The notes: generated by a model not told the origin, from the letters alone. A stretch of DNA of 64,000 bases from an uncultured Planctomycetaceae bacterium (GCA_963785305.1 CAWAUV010000007.1:480001-544000); one strand, 5' to 3'. Numbered from the stretch's first letter, positions 51,588 to 63,964 are shown. Numbers and translations: made by a program.

Positions 51588-51627
51588 CGATTTTGCGACT
51601 GCAACGGCGCCGCTCGCGCGGCGGCGC

Positions 51628-52968
51628 CTAATTGGTCGCCGGCGACGCCGCCGCGGCCGCCGTGCCGAAGGAGCTGAGATTCGTGAACAACACCACGGTC
51701 GTAAACGGCGCCACCGCGTACAAACCCTTGGTGAAAACCATGTTCACCAAGTTGTCGAACAACATCAACTCGCTCTTGGGCACAATGATCAGGTCGGCGT
51801 CGGAGATGAATATCTCGCCCACGGGAAACGATCGCCGGCCCAGCAAGGCTTGCCGCAGATCGAGCATCGTGGCTTCCAGCCGCCACTCTTCATTTCTCCG
51901 CAGCACCACCACTTGGGAAATATTGGCGCCGATATTCCAGCCGCCGGCCATGGTGATCGCCTGCATCACGGTCGTCGGGGCGTCGAGCGTGTAACGGCCT
52001 GGATTCTTCACCTCGCCTTGCACGAACACATAACGCGGCGCGCGGGTGGCCAAGATGGGCGTTACTTCAAGCCCATCGACTTCCGTCGCGTAATGGGCAT
52101 TGATCTCGCGACGAAATTCATCGAGCGTCAGGCCGATCGCGGTCACCGAGCCGATGCCGGGAAGCCACACCGTGCCCTCGGGCGTCACCCGCCCGCGACG
52201 TGTCTGACCCCCCGTGCCGGCGCGGCTGTCGACCGTGGCCCGCATGTCTTCGAGCTTGGTGTTCACCTTGAGCGGGGTCACGTTGATCGAGGGCACTTTG
52301 TAGTATTTTTTATAGAGCTCCTCGAGCTCGTCGCGCAGTTGGGCCACGGTGTGGTGCGTGGCCCGAACTTGTCCAAGCAGAGCGAGCGTGATCGTGCCAT
52401 CGGGTTGCACGATCAGGCTCCGGTCGAGATTGCGATCGGTAAATGATTCCACGCGAATCTCGTCGCCCACGTTCATCTGATAGGGCCGCGCCGTTTCCTC
52501 GCGCGTCAGCCGGTAGACGAAATCGAGCTCATCGTCTTCTCGCAGTCGGTAACATTGCACATGCGCCGTGCGGGATCGCACGACATACTCGCCCTGCTGG
52601 TAGGTTTGAAACTCCGGTGCGAGCGGCGAGAGGAAACCGTTGTCGGCGCGAAACGGCCGATCGGGAAACTTCGGTCGAAACGGGTAATTCTGATATTCGA
52701 CCGGCGGGCACAGCCCCTGGCAAAGCAAAATGTCGTTGTCGACATTATTATCCATCAAATGTTCGCGCGAGCGACGAAAAGCGAACTCCACGCCGCCCTC
52801 CAGGGCCGCCGCCGCGGCGCGCGGCGCCGCGAGCCGCGAGGCCGCGGTTTTGTCGGCCCCTCGGGCGGGAATCGCGCGCTTTGCACGCATCGCGATCGGG
52901 CCGCCGATGGCAAGACACGCGCCGACGACGAGCGCCCAGCGCCGTATCGATCGATTCGTCATTCGCAT
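51628..52968 (-). CDS. Polysaccharide export protein (Wza-like, SLBB domain)
   Basis: VGDEIRV, VQPDGTITL, VQGEVKNPGRY, QAITMAGG and DLIIVPKS motifs. Confidence 0.88.
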   Translation of the reverse strand: MRMTNRSIRRWALVVGACLAIGGPIAMRAKRAIPARGADKTAASRLAAPRAAAAALEGGVEFAFRRSREHLMDNNVDNDILLCQGLCPPVEYQNYPFRPKFPDRPFRADNGFLSPLAPEFQTYQQGEYVVRSRTAHVQCYRLREDDELDFVYRLTREETARPYQMNVGDEIRVESFTDRNLDRSLIVQPDGTITLALLGQVRATHHTVAQLRDELEELYKKYYKVPSINVTPLKVNTKLEDMRATVDSRAGTGGQTRRGRVTPEGTVWLPGIGSVTAIGLTLDEFRREINAHYATEVDGLEVTPILATRAPRYVFVQGEVKNPGRYTLDAPTTVMQAITMAGGWNIGANISQVVVLRRNEEWRLEATMLDLRQALLGRRSFPVGEIFISDADLIIVPKSELMLFDNLVNMVFTKGLYAVAPFTTVVLFTNLSSFGTAAAAASPATN

Positions 52969-53010
52969 CTGTTCCACCCTTGAAGCGAGGCTCGATTTCG
53001 GATCGTTGCT

Positions 53011-54454
53011 CTAACGTGTTCGATTCGTCGAAGGGGTCCGGGCCGTTTCGACATTGCCGGCGGCGGGCGGCTTCGCGGCGGTCGGCGCGAGATTGACCGA
53101 GGGCGGTGTCGAGGAGCCGTCGGCCAAGGGAGCGCGCGAAAACGACGCCGGGTCGACCCAGGCGATGTTCACCGGCAACATGTTTTCGGGAGTCATCGGA
53201 CCGGCGTTCGTCAGCGCGGCTTGAGCCAACTGCGTCTCCCCGAGCCGCTGATGCACCGTCGCCAGATTTCTCCAAGTCACGCTTTGTGGACAGGCGGCGA
53301 GGCTCTGGCGAAACACATCGCGGGCCGCTTCGAGCCGTCCACAGTTGCCGAGAATCACGCCCAACTCGTTGCTCGCGCGAAAGTTGTTGGGGTCGGCCGC
53401 GAGCGCCGCTTGATACGTGGCGGTCGCGACGCCGATATCGCCCAAGGCGCGCTTGCCGGGCATTGCGGTCGCGAGCGCCGCGACGCGGCCCACGCCATAG
53501 AGCGCCAGCGAAGCGGCCGGTTGGCCGCCAGCGGCGAGCGTCAACTGATCCTGGGCAAAGGTCAAATATTGTTGCTGGGCGATAAGGGGATTCACGCCCC
53601 CAAGCGACCGGGCTCGCAAGACCGGGGTGCGATGGCCCTCGATGATATGCCGAATATCGACGCCGTCTTCGAGCGAGGCGCGTTCATTGGAAAAATCGCG
53701 CGCTTCGCGCAGGCGCCGTCAGGCCCGCCCGCAGCGCGGCCGAGTGTTCGTCGGTCGATTGCCGGGCATCGAGCGCCTGGGCGACCATCCACAGGGATTG
53801 AATGAACTCGGCGCGGGCCGAGTGCATCGCCCCATGTTCGGCGAGTCGAAAGCCTTCGCGCACGCGCTCATCGGCCTGGGCGTTTACCGTGGCCAGATCG
53901 TCGGGCGCGGCTGGGCGCGCCGCGGGCAACGCCGCGGCGCGAGGCCCGCCGACGACTTCGCTCCGCGAAAGCGACATCGAATTGGGAACCGCCGGCAAGC
54001 GAGAAACGGCGAGCGCGCGGGCCGGGGGCGCCGGAGCCACGGCCGCAGGAGCCACCGGCATTTGCGACGAGGCTACCTGAGACGTTATTTGAGGCGGCGC
54101 TGGTTGGCCGCCGGGCGCCAAGCGATTGCGAGCCACGAGGGGTGTCGACGCGTCGCTCGCTCCAGCGGGAGGTGTTTGGTTGGGGAATACCGCGGGCGCC
54201 ACGGCGGTCCTCGCGGCGGAGATTTCGCCGCTGGCCTCCGGCGGAGCGAGTGGTCGCGCCGAGTCGTCGACCCAGAAAGGCGCCGGCTCGCTCGGAATCG
54301 TGGCGCTCCGAATCGTGGCGTGCTGAACCGTTACGCTCGGCGCGGGCGCCGGCGGGCTCGCCTTTTGGCAGCCCGCAATCTGCGCGGCGACGACCGCCAC
54401 GGCCAGCCAGCGCGGCGCCGAACGATTGAAAATGTAAGGATTGCGACGATCCAT
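53011..54454 (-). CDS. Lipoprotein with C-terminal TPR repeats (frameshifted)
   Basis: IAGC lipobox, Pro/Ala-rich linker and ASNELGVILGNCGRLEAA...WRNLATVH. Confidence 0.7.
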
Positions 54455-54836
54455 CGTCGGCCCATGCGAGTTGGTGCAGCCGGCGCGCAAACGTCCGTGC
54501 GTCGAGCGAGCCGCTTGAAACCTCTCTTTCGGGATCGACCGGCGAAGCACGTGGCGCTAATCGGAAAACGGCCTCGGGCGCCGCGAGAGCCCCGTCGGCG
54601 ACGTGACAACTCGCACAGCCCCACCGAGCGGCGCCAAGCGACGTTCTCGGCCTCATCGTTGATATCGGCGCCGGTGGTTGCCGCCCGCCCGCCCGCGCCG
54701 GAAGAATCGTTGCGATCGGCCGAATTGGCCGAAAACCGGCTCGTGCGGTTGTCGCGTATAGACTTGGGATTGGGCGTCATGCCCACGCTGGGCGCAAGTG
54801 TAGCGTACCCGTTTCAAGCTATAAAGCGCCTTGGAT

Positions 54837-55484
54837 TTACGCCGAGCCTTGCTTCGGCGGCGCAATGAGAAGCTCTTCGATCACGCGGAAGATGGCTTCG
54901 GCCACGGAGTCTTTCGGTCCCGCGACGCTCTGAAGCACGCGACCGGCGCGATCCAAAATCTCGACCGAGTTTTCCAGCGAGTGCATGGCCTCGGGTCCAT
55001 TGAGCACCATTAGGTCGCAATGTTTTTTCTCGAGCTTCGCCAAGGCGCGCAACCGGCGATCTTCGGTTTCGAGCGCGAAGCCCACGAGCCACTGGCCCGA
55101 CTTGGCGGCGCCGAGCGTGGCGACGATATCCTCGGTTTCGATCAGATGCATGTCGAGCGGCTGGCCGGTCTTGGCGATCTTGTGTGGCGCCACGCGCACC
55201 GGACGATAGTCGCAGGGCGCCGCCACGCCGATCAATCCATCGCAATCGGGAAAAATTCGCCGGCTGGCCTCGAGCATATCCTCGGTCGAGACCACCTGGG
55301 TCACCTGGGCCGCCTCGGGATAATCCACGTCGACCGGACCGGTCACGATTCGCACATCGTGCCCGCGGGCGAGCGCGGCGCGAGCGAGCGAGGCGCCCAT
55401 GCGACCGCTCGAGGCGTTGGTCAGATATCGCACCGGATCGAGATATTGCCGCGTGGGCCCCGAGGTGATCAGAATGCGCGCCAC
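54837..55484 (-). CDS. coaB: Phosphopantothenate--cysteine ligase
   Basis: ILITSGPTRQYLDPVRYLTNASSGRMG, AAPCDY and VGFALET motifs. Confidence 0.9.
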   Translation of the reverse strand: MARILITSGPTRQYLDPVRYLTNASSGRMGASLARAALARGHDVRIVTGPVDVDYPEAAQVTQVVSTEDMLEASRRIFPDCDGLIGVAAPCDYRPVRVAPHKIAKTGQPLDMHLIETEDIVATLGAAKSGQWLVGFALETEDRRLRALAKLEKKHCDLMVLNGPEAMHSLENSVEILDRAGRVLQSVAGPKDSVAEAIFRVIEELLIAPPKQGSA

Positions 55485-55588
55485 GCTCAGGCTCCAAATC
55501 CGCCGCGAAAGCATTTGCCCCGGTTCCGCTCAAGGAACGCATAGGAACCACCGCGAGCTTGTCCGGTCGGGGAATTCGAGTTTGCCAT

Positions 55589-56205
55589 TCAATTGCCCCG
55601 CCGCCGCGATTGGGCGAGCGCTTGGGCAATGGCGCGGAAAATCTCCTCGGGCGAGGCCATGCGTCCCACGCCCCGCGACCGGCAACTGAGCCAACCGGCC
55701 TCGGGCCCGATGAACGACACGCCATCGTTTTCGAGTTGCGCGATTGCGAATCACGGCGGGTTTTTCCCACATTTCGCGGTTCATGGCCGGCGCCATCAGA
55801 ACACGGCCGGTGAACGAAAGATAGAGCGTCGAAAGCAGATCGTCGGCCATGCCGTGCGCGGCGCGGGCCATGAAGTTGGCGGTGGCCGGCGCGATGCAAA
55901 ACAACTCGGCACGCGCGGCAAGTTCGATATGGGCCCCCAGCGGAAAGCGCGGGGTCGAACGCATCGACCGCCACGGGCCGGGCCGAGAGCGCGGCGAACG
56001 TGGCCCGGCCAACGAACTGTTCGGCCGACGCCGACATCACGACGGAGACTCCGGCGCCGGCCTGCACAAGCTGGCTGACAAGCGCGGCTGCCTTGTAGGC
56101 GGCGATACCGCCCGACACGCCCACGACGATTTCGCGGCCCTCGCAAGCAAGGTTCGCGGGGTCGCCATCGGGTTTTTTGCCGCCATCGGGCGCTGGGGGG
56201 TTCAT
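55589..56205 (-). CDS. coaC: Phosphopantothenoylcysteine decarboxylase (frameshifted)
   Basis: [23 protein letters not shown] and APAMN motifs. Confidence 0.88.
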
Positions 56206-56222
56206 GGGGATCGCAGCGAGAT

Positions 56223-56483
56223 TTAGAGCTTGGTCAGGTCCAGTTCCGGCGGCCCGCCTTCGATGTCTTCGCCGGTGATGCGGAGGTTGGCCGAGGTGTC
56301 GAGATAGATTTTGTCCTGCATGATCTCTTGGATCACGATCTCGAGCTTGTTGTCCGACTTGATGTTCACCAGCGGCCGACTGCCGGCGTTGATGGCCACG
56401 AGCCGCTTTTGGATGAGGGTCGAGAGTTTGAATCGCCCGCCCACTTTGTTCACGATCTCTTCTTCACGCAGTTCTTCGAGCAT
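56223..56483 (-). CDS. rpoZ: RNA polymerase omega subunit
   Basis: KVGGRFKLSTLIQKRL; gmk-rpoZ-coa synteny. Confidence 0.88.
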   Translation of the reverse strand: MLEELREEEIVNKVGGRFKLSTLIQKRLVAINAGSRPLVNIKSDNKLEIVIQEIMQDKIYLDTSANLRITGEDIEGGPPELDLTKL

Positions 56484-56488
56484 GCCGA

Positions 56489-57074
56489 TTACTTCCCATG
56501 AGCCTTGAGGATATCGCAAATTCGTTGGACCCGCGGTCCACGTCGTCGTTGAGCACTTGATATCGATACTGTTCGGCGCTCGCGAGCTCGCGCTGCGCCG
56601 TGGCCAACCGCCGGGTGACGGCGGCTTCGTCCTCGGTGCGGCGGCCACGCAGCCGGCGCTCGAGCTCTTCGGTCGAGCCGGGGCGCACAAAGATGGTAAT
56701 CGCCTCGGGATAGCGGGCCACGACCGCTCGGGCGCCCTCGACGTCAATCTCCAACACTACCCACTTTCCGGCGGAAAGGCCAGGGGCCACCTGGTCGACG
56801 AGCGTGCCGTACCAGTAGCCGTGGCCGAAAACCTCGCAACACTCGAGAAAATCGCCCCGCTCGCGCCGGGCGGCGAACTCCTCGGGCGAGAGAAACAGGT
56901 AGTCCACTCCGTGCGCCTCGAGCTCGCGCGGAGGACGCGTCGTGGCCGACACACTTGCCACGAGCTCGGGGCAACGCTCGAACAACCGCTTGAGCACGGT
57001 GGTCTTGCCCACGCCCGACGGTCCGGAAATGACCACCACCTGCCCGGGCGCGACGCCTGCGACGTTGGGGCCAT
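56489..57074 (-). CDS. gmk: Guanylate kinase (frameshifts near both ends)
   Basis: SGPSGVGKTT, SATTRPPR, YGTL and LEIDVEG motifs. Confidence 0.93.
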
Positions 57075-57162
57075 CACGGGCGCCTTCCTTTCCACGGCGA
57101 GCGAAGTTTGCATGGAAACACGAAGTCCTGGGTTGGTTCGATCGAGGCGCCTGAAATTCTGG

Positions 57163-58045
57163 TCACTCGATGTTTTGGATCATTTCTCGAATGCGTTCGA
57201 TCGCGGTCTTGATCTCGATGACATGCCGCGAAATCTCGAAGTCGTTGGCTTTCGACCCGATCGTGTTCGTCTCGCGAAACATTTCCTGGGTGACGAATTC
57301 GAGCTTCCGACCGCAGCTTTCTTCTTGACGGGTGATCGTGGCGAACTGATCCAAGTGGCTTCCCAGCCGCACGATCTCTTCCGAGATATCGCTTCGCTCG
57401 GTGAAGAGGCACAGCTCGCGTAGAATATCCGAGGGTTGAAACGCGGCCCCATCGTCGCCCAACGCTTTTTGCAGTCGCTCGCTGATTCGCGCGGTAATTC
57501 TCGACCACCAGCGGCGCTCGCGACGCGATCGCGCCGAGCTCCTGACGAATGGTCGCGCAGTTGATCGCCAAGTCATCGCTCATGGCCCGGCCCTCGCTCT
57601 CGCGCATTTGGGCCATGTTCTTGAGCGCGGCGGTGATCACGCGCTCGATCAGCGGCCAATCCGCCGCCACATCGCGCGAGTTTTGCGGTTCTTCGTCGAC
57701 GATGCCCGGCAGCGACAGCAGGGCGCCGATCTCGACCGGCGTCGTGAGCTTCCATTCGCGCCGCAAGCGGTCGGCCTGCTCGCGGTAACTGGCCAGGGCC
57801 AGCATGTTGAGCCGATAATCGTCGGCGGCGCGAGCACGCTGAGCGCGGAGGTTGAGCTGCACGGCGCCGCGCTTGATGTGCTGCCGCACGAGCGTTTCGA
57901 TCTCGGGCTCGAGTTGCCCGTAGCCATCGCCGGCGCGCAGCGAGAGCTTGAGATATTTGTTGTTCACGGTGCGCAGTTCGACCGCGACAGCCAGGCCGTC
58001 TTGCTGTGCTTGCGCCTCGCCAAAGCCCGTCATGCTAAGCAGCAC
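57163..58045 (-). CDS. YicC/YloC family endoribonuclease (frameshift near 57485)
   Basis: [36 protein letters not shown] and IREMIQNIE motifs. Confidence 0.92.
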
Positions 58046-58082
58046 GCTTGCGATCCTCTTAACGACCGGCGAAACCCGTGGA

Positions 58083-58644
58083 CTACTTCTTCTCGTCGGC
58101 CGGCAACGCGACCCCCGGGGCGACCGAGCCGTTGGGCGTCAGGCTGCCTGGCGGCTGGCTCGTGGCCGGCGTCGCTTCGGCCGTCGGCTGTTTGTCGCTC
58201 GCGGCCGGAGCTCTGGCGCCGCCTCGACCGTGTCGCCGGATTTATCGGCCGTCGCCTTACCCGTGCTCGATTTGTCCGTGCTCGATTTATCGGGGGCCGA
58301 TTCTTTCGCGTCGCTCTTTTTGTCGTCGCTCTTCTTGGTTTCCTTGCCTTGGGCGCCGGCGGGCGGGGCGCTCGGCGGCTTGCGCCGGCATTGAGCACCT
58401 GGTCATTCGAGCCCAAAAGTTTGACCGAGGCGGCGCAGAGCACAATCCAGATCGCGGCCACGACGATCGTCACGCGGGTAAACACATCGCCGGCCTTCGT
58501 GCCGAACGCGCTTTGTCCGCCGGCGCCACCGAAAGCGCCGGCCAAACCGCCGCCGCGACCCCGCTGCACCAGCACCAGCAGAATCAAGAACACCGAGGTC
58601 ACGCACAACAGCGTCATCAGCAGGTATTCGACAATGACTCCCAT
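58083..58644 (-). CDS. secG: Preprotein translocase SecG with a long low-complexity tail (frameshifted)
   Basis: [40 protein letters not shown]; located downstream of tpiA. Confidence 0.9.
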
Positions 58645-58884
58645 GACTGTTTCCGATCCTTTCGAGCCCGCTCGCGCCAAAGGCGAGGGGCGGGTTTTCG
58701 AGGCCGCCTTGAAACCGAGTGGCGGACATTATTCGTGGTTTGCTTTACCGGCGAGGCAGGGGACGCCCGCGCCGAAGTATTCTATCGCATCCTGGATTGT
58801 GCGTCGGCCCCAAATCCAACGGCTTTTGGGCGAGAACCGGCCGCGAAATAGCTCGAATTCAACCGGCGGCGCGACAATCTCCGC

Positions 58885-59650
58885 CTACTTCTTGGCCGGC
58901 GCGCGGCGGCGATGCCGAGGAAATCATCGGCCTTGAGGCTCGCCCCGCCGACCAAGGCGCCATCGATATTGGGCTGCGAGAGCAATTCGGCGGCGTTCGA
59001 CGGCTTGACGCTGCCGCCGTATTGGATGCGCGTCGCCTGGGCGAGCGCGTCGCTATATCGCTCGGCCAAGAGCGCTCGCAGCGTCGCGTGTACTTCCTCG
59101 GCCTGGGCCGGAGTGGCCACCTTGCCGGTGCCGATCGCCCAGACCGGCTCATAAGCGATCACGATCCGCCGCATTTGCTCCTCGGTCACTCCGGCTAGCG
59201 AACCGAGAAACTGCTTTCGCACCACATCGGTCGTGAGCCCGGCTTCGCGCTCGGCGAGCAGTTCGCCCACGCACACGATCGGCAAGAGCCCCGCGCCGAG
59301 GGCGACAAGCGTCTTTTTGTTGACGATGGCATCGGTTTCGCCAAACAATTGGCGCCGCTCGCTGTGGCCGAGAATCACATACTTGCAGCCGACATCGAGC
59401 AGCATCGCCGCGCTGAGCTCGCCCGTGAAAGCCCCATTGCCCTCGAAATACATATTTTGCCGCCGAGCGCCACCGGCGAATTGCTCGGAATCGCATCCTT
59501 GACGGCGGTGAGATAGACCGCCGGCGGACAGAGCACGAGATCGGCCTCCGGCGCCGACTTCGCCCGCTCGACCACCGCTTTGGCCAGCGCCACCGCGCCC
59601 GCCCGGTCCAGATTCATCTTCCAATTGCCGGCAATCAATGAACGACGCAT
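58885..59650 (-). CDS. tpiA: Triose-phosphate isomerase (frameshifted)
   Basis: [31 protein letters not shown] and [10 protein letters not shown] motifs. Confidence 0.95.
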
Positions 59651-60021
59651 GCAACCACCCACGGAGCAAAAAGACTGGCGATCAACGACGCAAACGCCAC
59701 GCCATCGCTTCGCCCGAACGGCCGTGATTCCCGAACGGGTCGGGCGGGCTTTCGGACTTTGCGGGGCGGGCGCCGTTAAAAACAAGTTCGTTAGTGTACC
59801 CGAAAATCCTCGCGGCGAAAGGGGTTTCGGCGCTGGGTCGCGAGCGATCGCGCGAGTGAGACGAATCCCGACTCTCTTTATGGTATTTAGTTGACTGAAA
59901 CTTCGGCGACGCTTCGAGGACTCGCCACCGCGATCGGCGCGATCGGGCTTGGCCGGCATCCGGCGCGCCCGTTCGCGCGGCCCACGCTATAATGACGCTT
60001 TCGTCTGAAAGGAGGGCGGCG

Positions 60022-61119
60022 ATGCGAGTTTTGCGATCACTTGGCCTAGCTATCCTCATGGCGAGCGCGGCTCGCGGCGCTTGGGCTCAGGCGCCCGTTG
60101 AGCTCGGCGCCAAGCCAAGCGCGCTCATCTCGAATTGGCTTCATTATCGGATCGAGGCGGGACGCCTGGTTGCTTGGTGCGACGCCGCGGGACCCCATGG
60201 TGGCACGCGCTCCAACGTCAGCCACACCCAAGTCAATCAGACGCCCTCGCGCAACGAACGCCTTTCCTTGGAAATCAAGTCCGGCGCCCCCAGTGTGCGC
60301 TACGAGCTCCATGTGCCGAGCGAAGATGTCTTCATCGAGCTCCATGCCTGGAATCAGTTCACCATCCGTCGCGCCGGCAAAGCGCCGGGGCTCGGCAGCT
60401 TTCATTTCACGCAACCGGTCGCCGGCGACCTGATCCTCGCGATCACCAGCGGTTCCGAACAGACCGAGACCCGGGCCGCCGATTTCTGGCGGCTTGTTCT
60501 TTGCGAGCCGGAACTCTGCCGCCAGTCGATCCTGCCGCTCTTGGCGAGCATGCGCTCCGATTGGCGCTTGCCGACGCAAATCGCGGAGATCGAAGACGAG
60601 CTATTTCACATCGCGGCCAACCCGCGCGGCGACGATCGGCGTCAGTGGCGAACATGGGTCCTGGAATTGGGAAGCGACACCTACAAGCAGCGGGCCGCGG
60701 CGCACCGGAACCTTACCCAAGCGGGACCGTTGATCGCGCCATTTCTGGAGCGAATCGATGACCAGCGGCTCGACGCCGAGCAGCGCGAACGGGTGCGGCA
60801 GATTCTCGCGGGGTTCGGCCGCAGTGTCGAAGACTCGACCGAACAAGCGGCGGCGCGGCTGGCGGGCGATGCTAAAGTCTGGCTGGCGCTCGCCAAACGC
60901 TCCGACGAACCACGTCGGCGCCTGGCGGCCCAGCAGCTTGCCAAGTGTTTCGATCGGCCCGTGGACTTCGACCCGGCCGCCGAGGCCGAAAAGCGAGCCG
61001 AACAACTGGAAAAGCTCCGAATTGAAATCGCCAAGTCCGACCCGATGGGCGAACTCCCCGCGGAAGCCAAATCCTCGGCGGCGCCATCGCCTCAGCCGTC
61101 GCCGTCTGTCGACGACTAA
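60022..61119 (+). CDS. Hypothetical exported protein with a HEAT-like helical C-terminus
   Basis: Signal peptide ending AWA-Q, then LGSDTYKQRAAAHRNL. Confidence 0.65.
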   Translation: MRVLRSLGLAILMASAARGAWAQAPVELGAKPSALISNWLHYRIEAGRLVAWCDAAGPHGGTRSNVSHTQVNQTPSRNERLSLEIKSGAPSVRYELHVPSEDVFIELHAWNQFTIRRAGKAPGLGSFHFTQPVAGDLILAITSGSEQTETRAADFWRLVLCEPELCRQSILPLLASMRSDWRLPTQIAEIEDELFHIAANPRGDDRRQWRTWVLELGSDTYKQRAAAHRNLTQAGPLIAPFLERIDDQRLDAEQRERVRQILAGFGRSVEDSTEQAAARLAGDAKVWLALAKRSDEPRRRLAAQQLAKCFDRPVDFDPAAEAEKRAEQLEKLRIEIAKSDPMGELPAEAKSSAAPSPQPSPSVDD

Positions 61120-61868
61120 GACCTGGCGTTTTCCGCCTCGGCTTGGGCGAGGATTTCCTCGACTAACCGCCGCGGGGCGCCGATGTCGAGCACCGTGATT
61201 TCGCCGGTCCAAGCTTGGGCGCCAGAAACGACCAACCCAGGCTTGGGCGCCACGAAGGTGCAGGTGCGCACGGCGCGAATGATGCGCTGCGCGATCGGGC
61301 CGCGCTCGGCGTCGAGCCCGCTGGGGAGATCGACAGCCAGAATGGGTGGCTCGGCCGCGTTCATCGCGTCGATCGCTTCGGCGAGCGGACTTCGCGGCTC
61401 GCCCTGGGCGCCGGTTCCCAAGAGAGCGTCGACGATCCACGCCGAACCGGCCAAGAGCGCTCGCGCCTCGTCGGGCGCCGAAAGCACATGGAGCGAGAGT
61501 CCGCTCGCGCGGACGATCGCGTAGTTCACGGCCACATCGCCCTTGAGCCCGAGCGATTGCGCGTCGGGCGGTGATGCGCTCGTCGCGGCCGCGCCGCGGG
61601 CCAGTCGCTCGGGAGGCACGAACAGCAGCACGCGCACCGGCGCACCGCCGAGATCAAGATGGCGAGCAACGACAAACCCATCGCCGCCATTGTTGCCCCA
61701 GCCGCAGCAGATGGTCACTGGTCCGGCGGGGGCCAATCGGCGAAGCTCATCGGCCACGCCGCGGCCGGCGTTTTCCATGAGTTGGAGGCTGTGCATGCCG
61801 AACTCGGCAACCGCGCGGCGGTCGAGTTCCTGGGCCAGTCGCCGGGAGATAGCGACGCCGGCCGGCAT
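61116..61868 (-). CDS. nnrE: NAD(P)H-hydrate epimerase (YjeF N-terminal domain)
   Basis: LMENAGRGVA, GNNGGDG, VDALLGTG and AVDLPSG motifs. Confidence 0.9.
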   Translation of the reverse strand: MPAGVAISRRLAQELDRRAVAEFGMHSLQLMENAGRGVADELRRLAPAGPVTICCGWGNNGGDGFVVARHLDLGGAPVRVLLFVPPERLARGAAATSASPPDAQSLGLKGDVAVNYAIVRASGLSLHVLSAPDEARALLAGSAWIVDALLGTGAQGEPRSPLAEAIDAMNAAEPPILAVDLPSGLDAERGPIAQRIIRAVRTCTFVAPKPGLVVSGAQAWTGEITVLDIGAPRRLVEEILAQAEAENARS

Positions 61869-62089
61869 TAACCACACTCCGGTCGGCCGCAGCCGCCGCG
61901 TCCGCAGGGGCCACCCCAGGACTCGCTGCTCGCGGCAAGATTCTTGCCGATTACCGGCGCGGCCGGCACGCTCCAGCAGCGCTCGAGCTTGCCGCCGCCG
62001 CACTCCGGGCAGCGAGGAGCGCTGTCGGCGCGCTCGAGATGTTCAAACGCATGCGAGCAACCCGTGCATTTGTATTCATAGATCGGCAT
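61868..62089 (-). CDS. FmdB-family zinc-ribbon protein
   Basis: [11 protein letters not shown]...CPECG and a Cys-rich tail. Confidence 0.85.
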   Translation of the reverse strand: MPIYEYKCTGCSHAFEHLERADSAPRCPECGGGKLERCWSVPAAPVIGKNLAASSESWGGPCGRGGCGRPECG

Positions 62090-62118
62090 TGTCGATTCTC
62101 CCGCCCCGGGGCGATTCA

Positions 62119-63964
62119 TTAATGAGGAACGTAAAAGCCCCAAACCCAGGCGCCGGTGAAGATGGCGCTCGACTCGAAGAGCGCCCCCTTGATGCTCAAG
62201 GGGAACGGCTCGATCACATAGGGAGCGCAACTGCCCGGACGGTAGTAACCCAAGGTGTAAATGCATTCGTTCGGCGGATACACGCCCATATGGTAGGGTA
62301 GCAACAACACGTTCAGATAGAAATGGGCGCCCGAAAACACCGGCTGCAAGATCGGGTTCCACGAGTGGCCGTAGCGTTCGAGTTGCACATCCTCGAAGTA
62401 CATCGGCTTGTGGCACTGGCAGTTGGCTTTCCATGTGTAGAGGGTGGGCGCCCATTGGCGTTGGGCGAACTTTTCATTGCCCAGGGTGCATTCGCAGGGA
62501 AAGTCGCGGCCCTCGTCGCCGGTGACCCGAATATCGAGCGCGATATGGTCGATCGTATTGGCTTGCAGTTTTTCCAAGGCATTCACGCAGCTTAGCTTAT
62601 CGGCCCCGCAGGGCTGCGGAGTGCTCAGCGCTTCGGGCGTGGGCGCTGGCGGCGTGCCCGGCGGCTGCGCGCCCAGTGGATTGGGAATCGGTTCGCCATA
62701 TAGGTCCTGCCGCGGGCTCGGGGGCGACTCACTCTGATTCGGCGGCAACCCGGGATCGACGGTCATGGGTCGCGAGTCCTCGGGTAGAAAATCGCGTGGC
62801 CCCGCGCGCTCGGCGTCATCGCGTCGCCCGGCCCTGGCTCGGGCGATGGCAAAACACCAGGCGGCGAGGCGCCCGACGGGCTCGGTTCGCGCGGGGCAAA
62901 TGAATCGTCGAAGCGGCCACGCGCGGGCCCTTGATTCGCCGTTTGAATCACCTGAAAGCGATCCGTTTTGCTTGTCGCCACGAAGTCTTCGGTCGCCGAA
63001 TCGAAAGCGAACCGCACCTCGGTCTCACGGGACGAATTCGCCGCCGGACCACGCGCCGACCGTCGCGGCGCCTCGCGCACGATTTGCTCGCTCTCCGCCG
63101 TCGGGGATTCCGCGACCACTTCCATTCGTTCGGCCACCAGCTCGCGCTCCCTCGCGGCCGCGGGCTCGCGCATCGGCGCCGGCTCGCCCACAATCGCGCG
63201 CGATGGCTCGTCGCGGGCAAATAGCTTCCGCTCGTCGGGTCGCGAATTTTCGGGGGGTTGTTCATCGACCGTCATGCGAATCACATCGTCCGTGGCCGGT
63301 GGCGGCGTTGCCCGCGGCGGCTCAGCCACTATTGACGCATCGGTCGAACTAATTACTGGCGTCGCGGCGAATCGTTCCGCGGGCGCTGCGCCGCGGCGCG
63401 CGGCGCGCGGCGTCGGCGCAGGAGCGCCGGTTGAGCCGGCGGAGTTGCGAAGCGCTCGAGTTCCGCAAGCACATCGGCCGGCGGAGCGGGGTCGATGTCG
63501 GCTGGCGATGATTTTTTGTCGGCCGTCGCTCGCGCTTCGGGCTTGTTGCGAGCACGGGGATTCGTCTCGGGCGGCGCTGGCGCTTGCGAGGCTGCCGTTC
63601 GCGGATTCGCCGCGGAAGCACGCTTTTGCGATCGCCAGATGAGTCCCCCGGCGTGGCTGTCGCTCTCGGCGTTGGTCGGCGAGGCGCTTGACGAAGAAGT
63701 GAACGATGAAGTCGGCGATGAAGTCGCGGACGAAGTGGAGGTTGAACTGTTTGGCGCCGACGCCGGCGGGGCGTCGGGCGCCGCGGCCGAGGGCGATCGC
63801 CACACCACGCCGCCGGAGAGCGGATCGGCCATGGCCAGGGGAATCGCGGCGCCCGCCGCGAGCACGAGCGCCAGCGACCGCGCGACATGGCGGCGCCAAC
63901 TCCGGCTCGCGCCGACGAGGCAGCGTGACAAATCGTTGATCGGGCTGCTAGCTCTCCGAGCCAT
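62119..63964 (-). CDS. Conserved planctomycete exported protein with a low-complexity N-terminus (frameshifted)
   Basis: Signal peptide and C-terminal [23 protein letters not shown]...[13 protein letters not shown]. Confidence 0.65.

Noticed and set aside
54837..56205. Split coaC/coaB as a novelty
   Set aside because: Separate coaB and coaC genes are known in several bacterial lineages, and each has its own start and stop here.
58260..58291. 15-bp tandem repeat (ccgtgctcgattt.t) in the secG tail
   Set aside because: This is an ordinary low-complexity expansion (DKSST x2) in a disordered tail.
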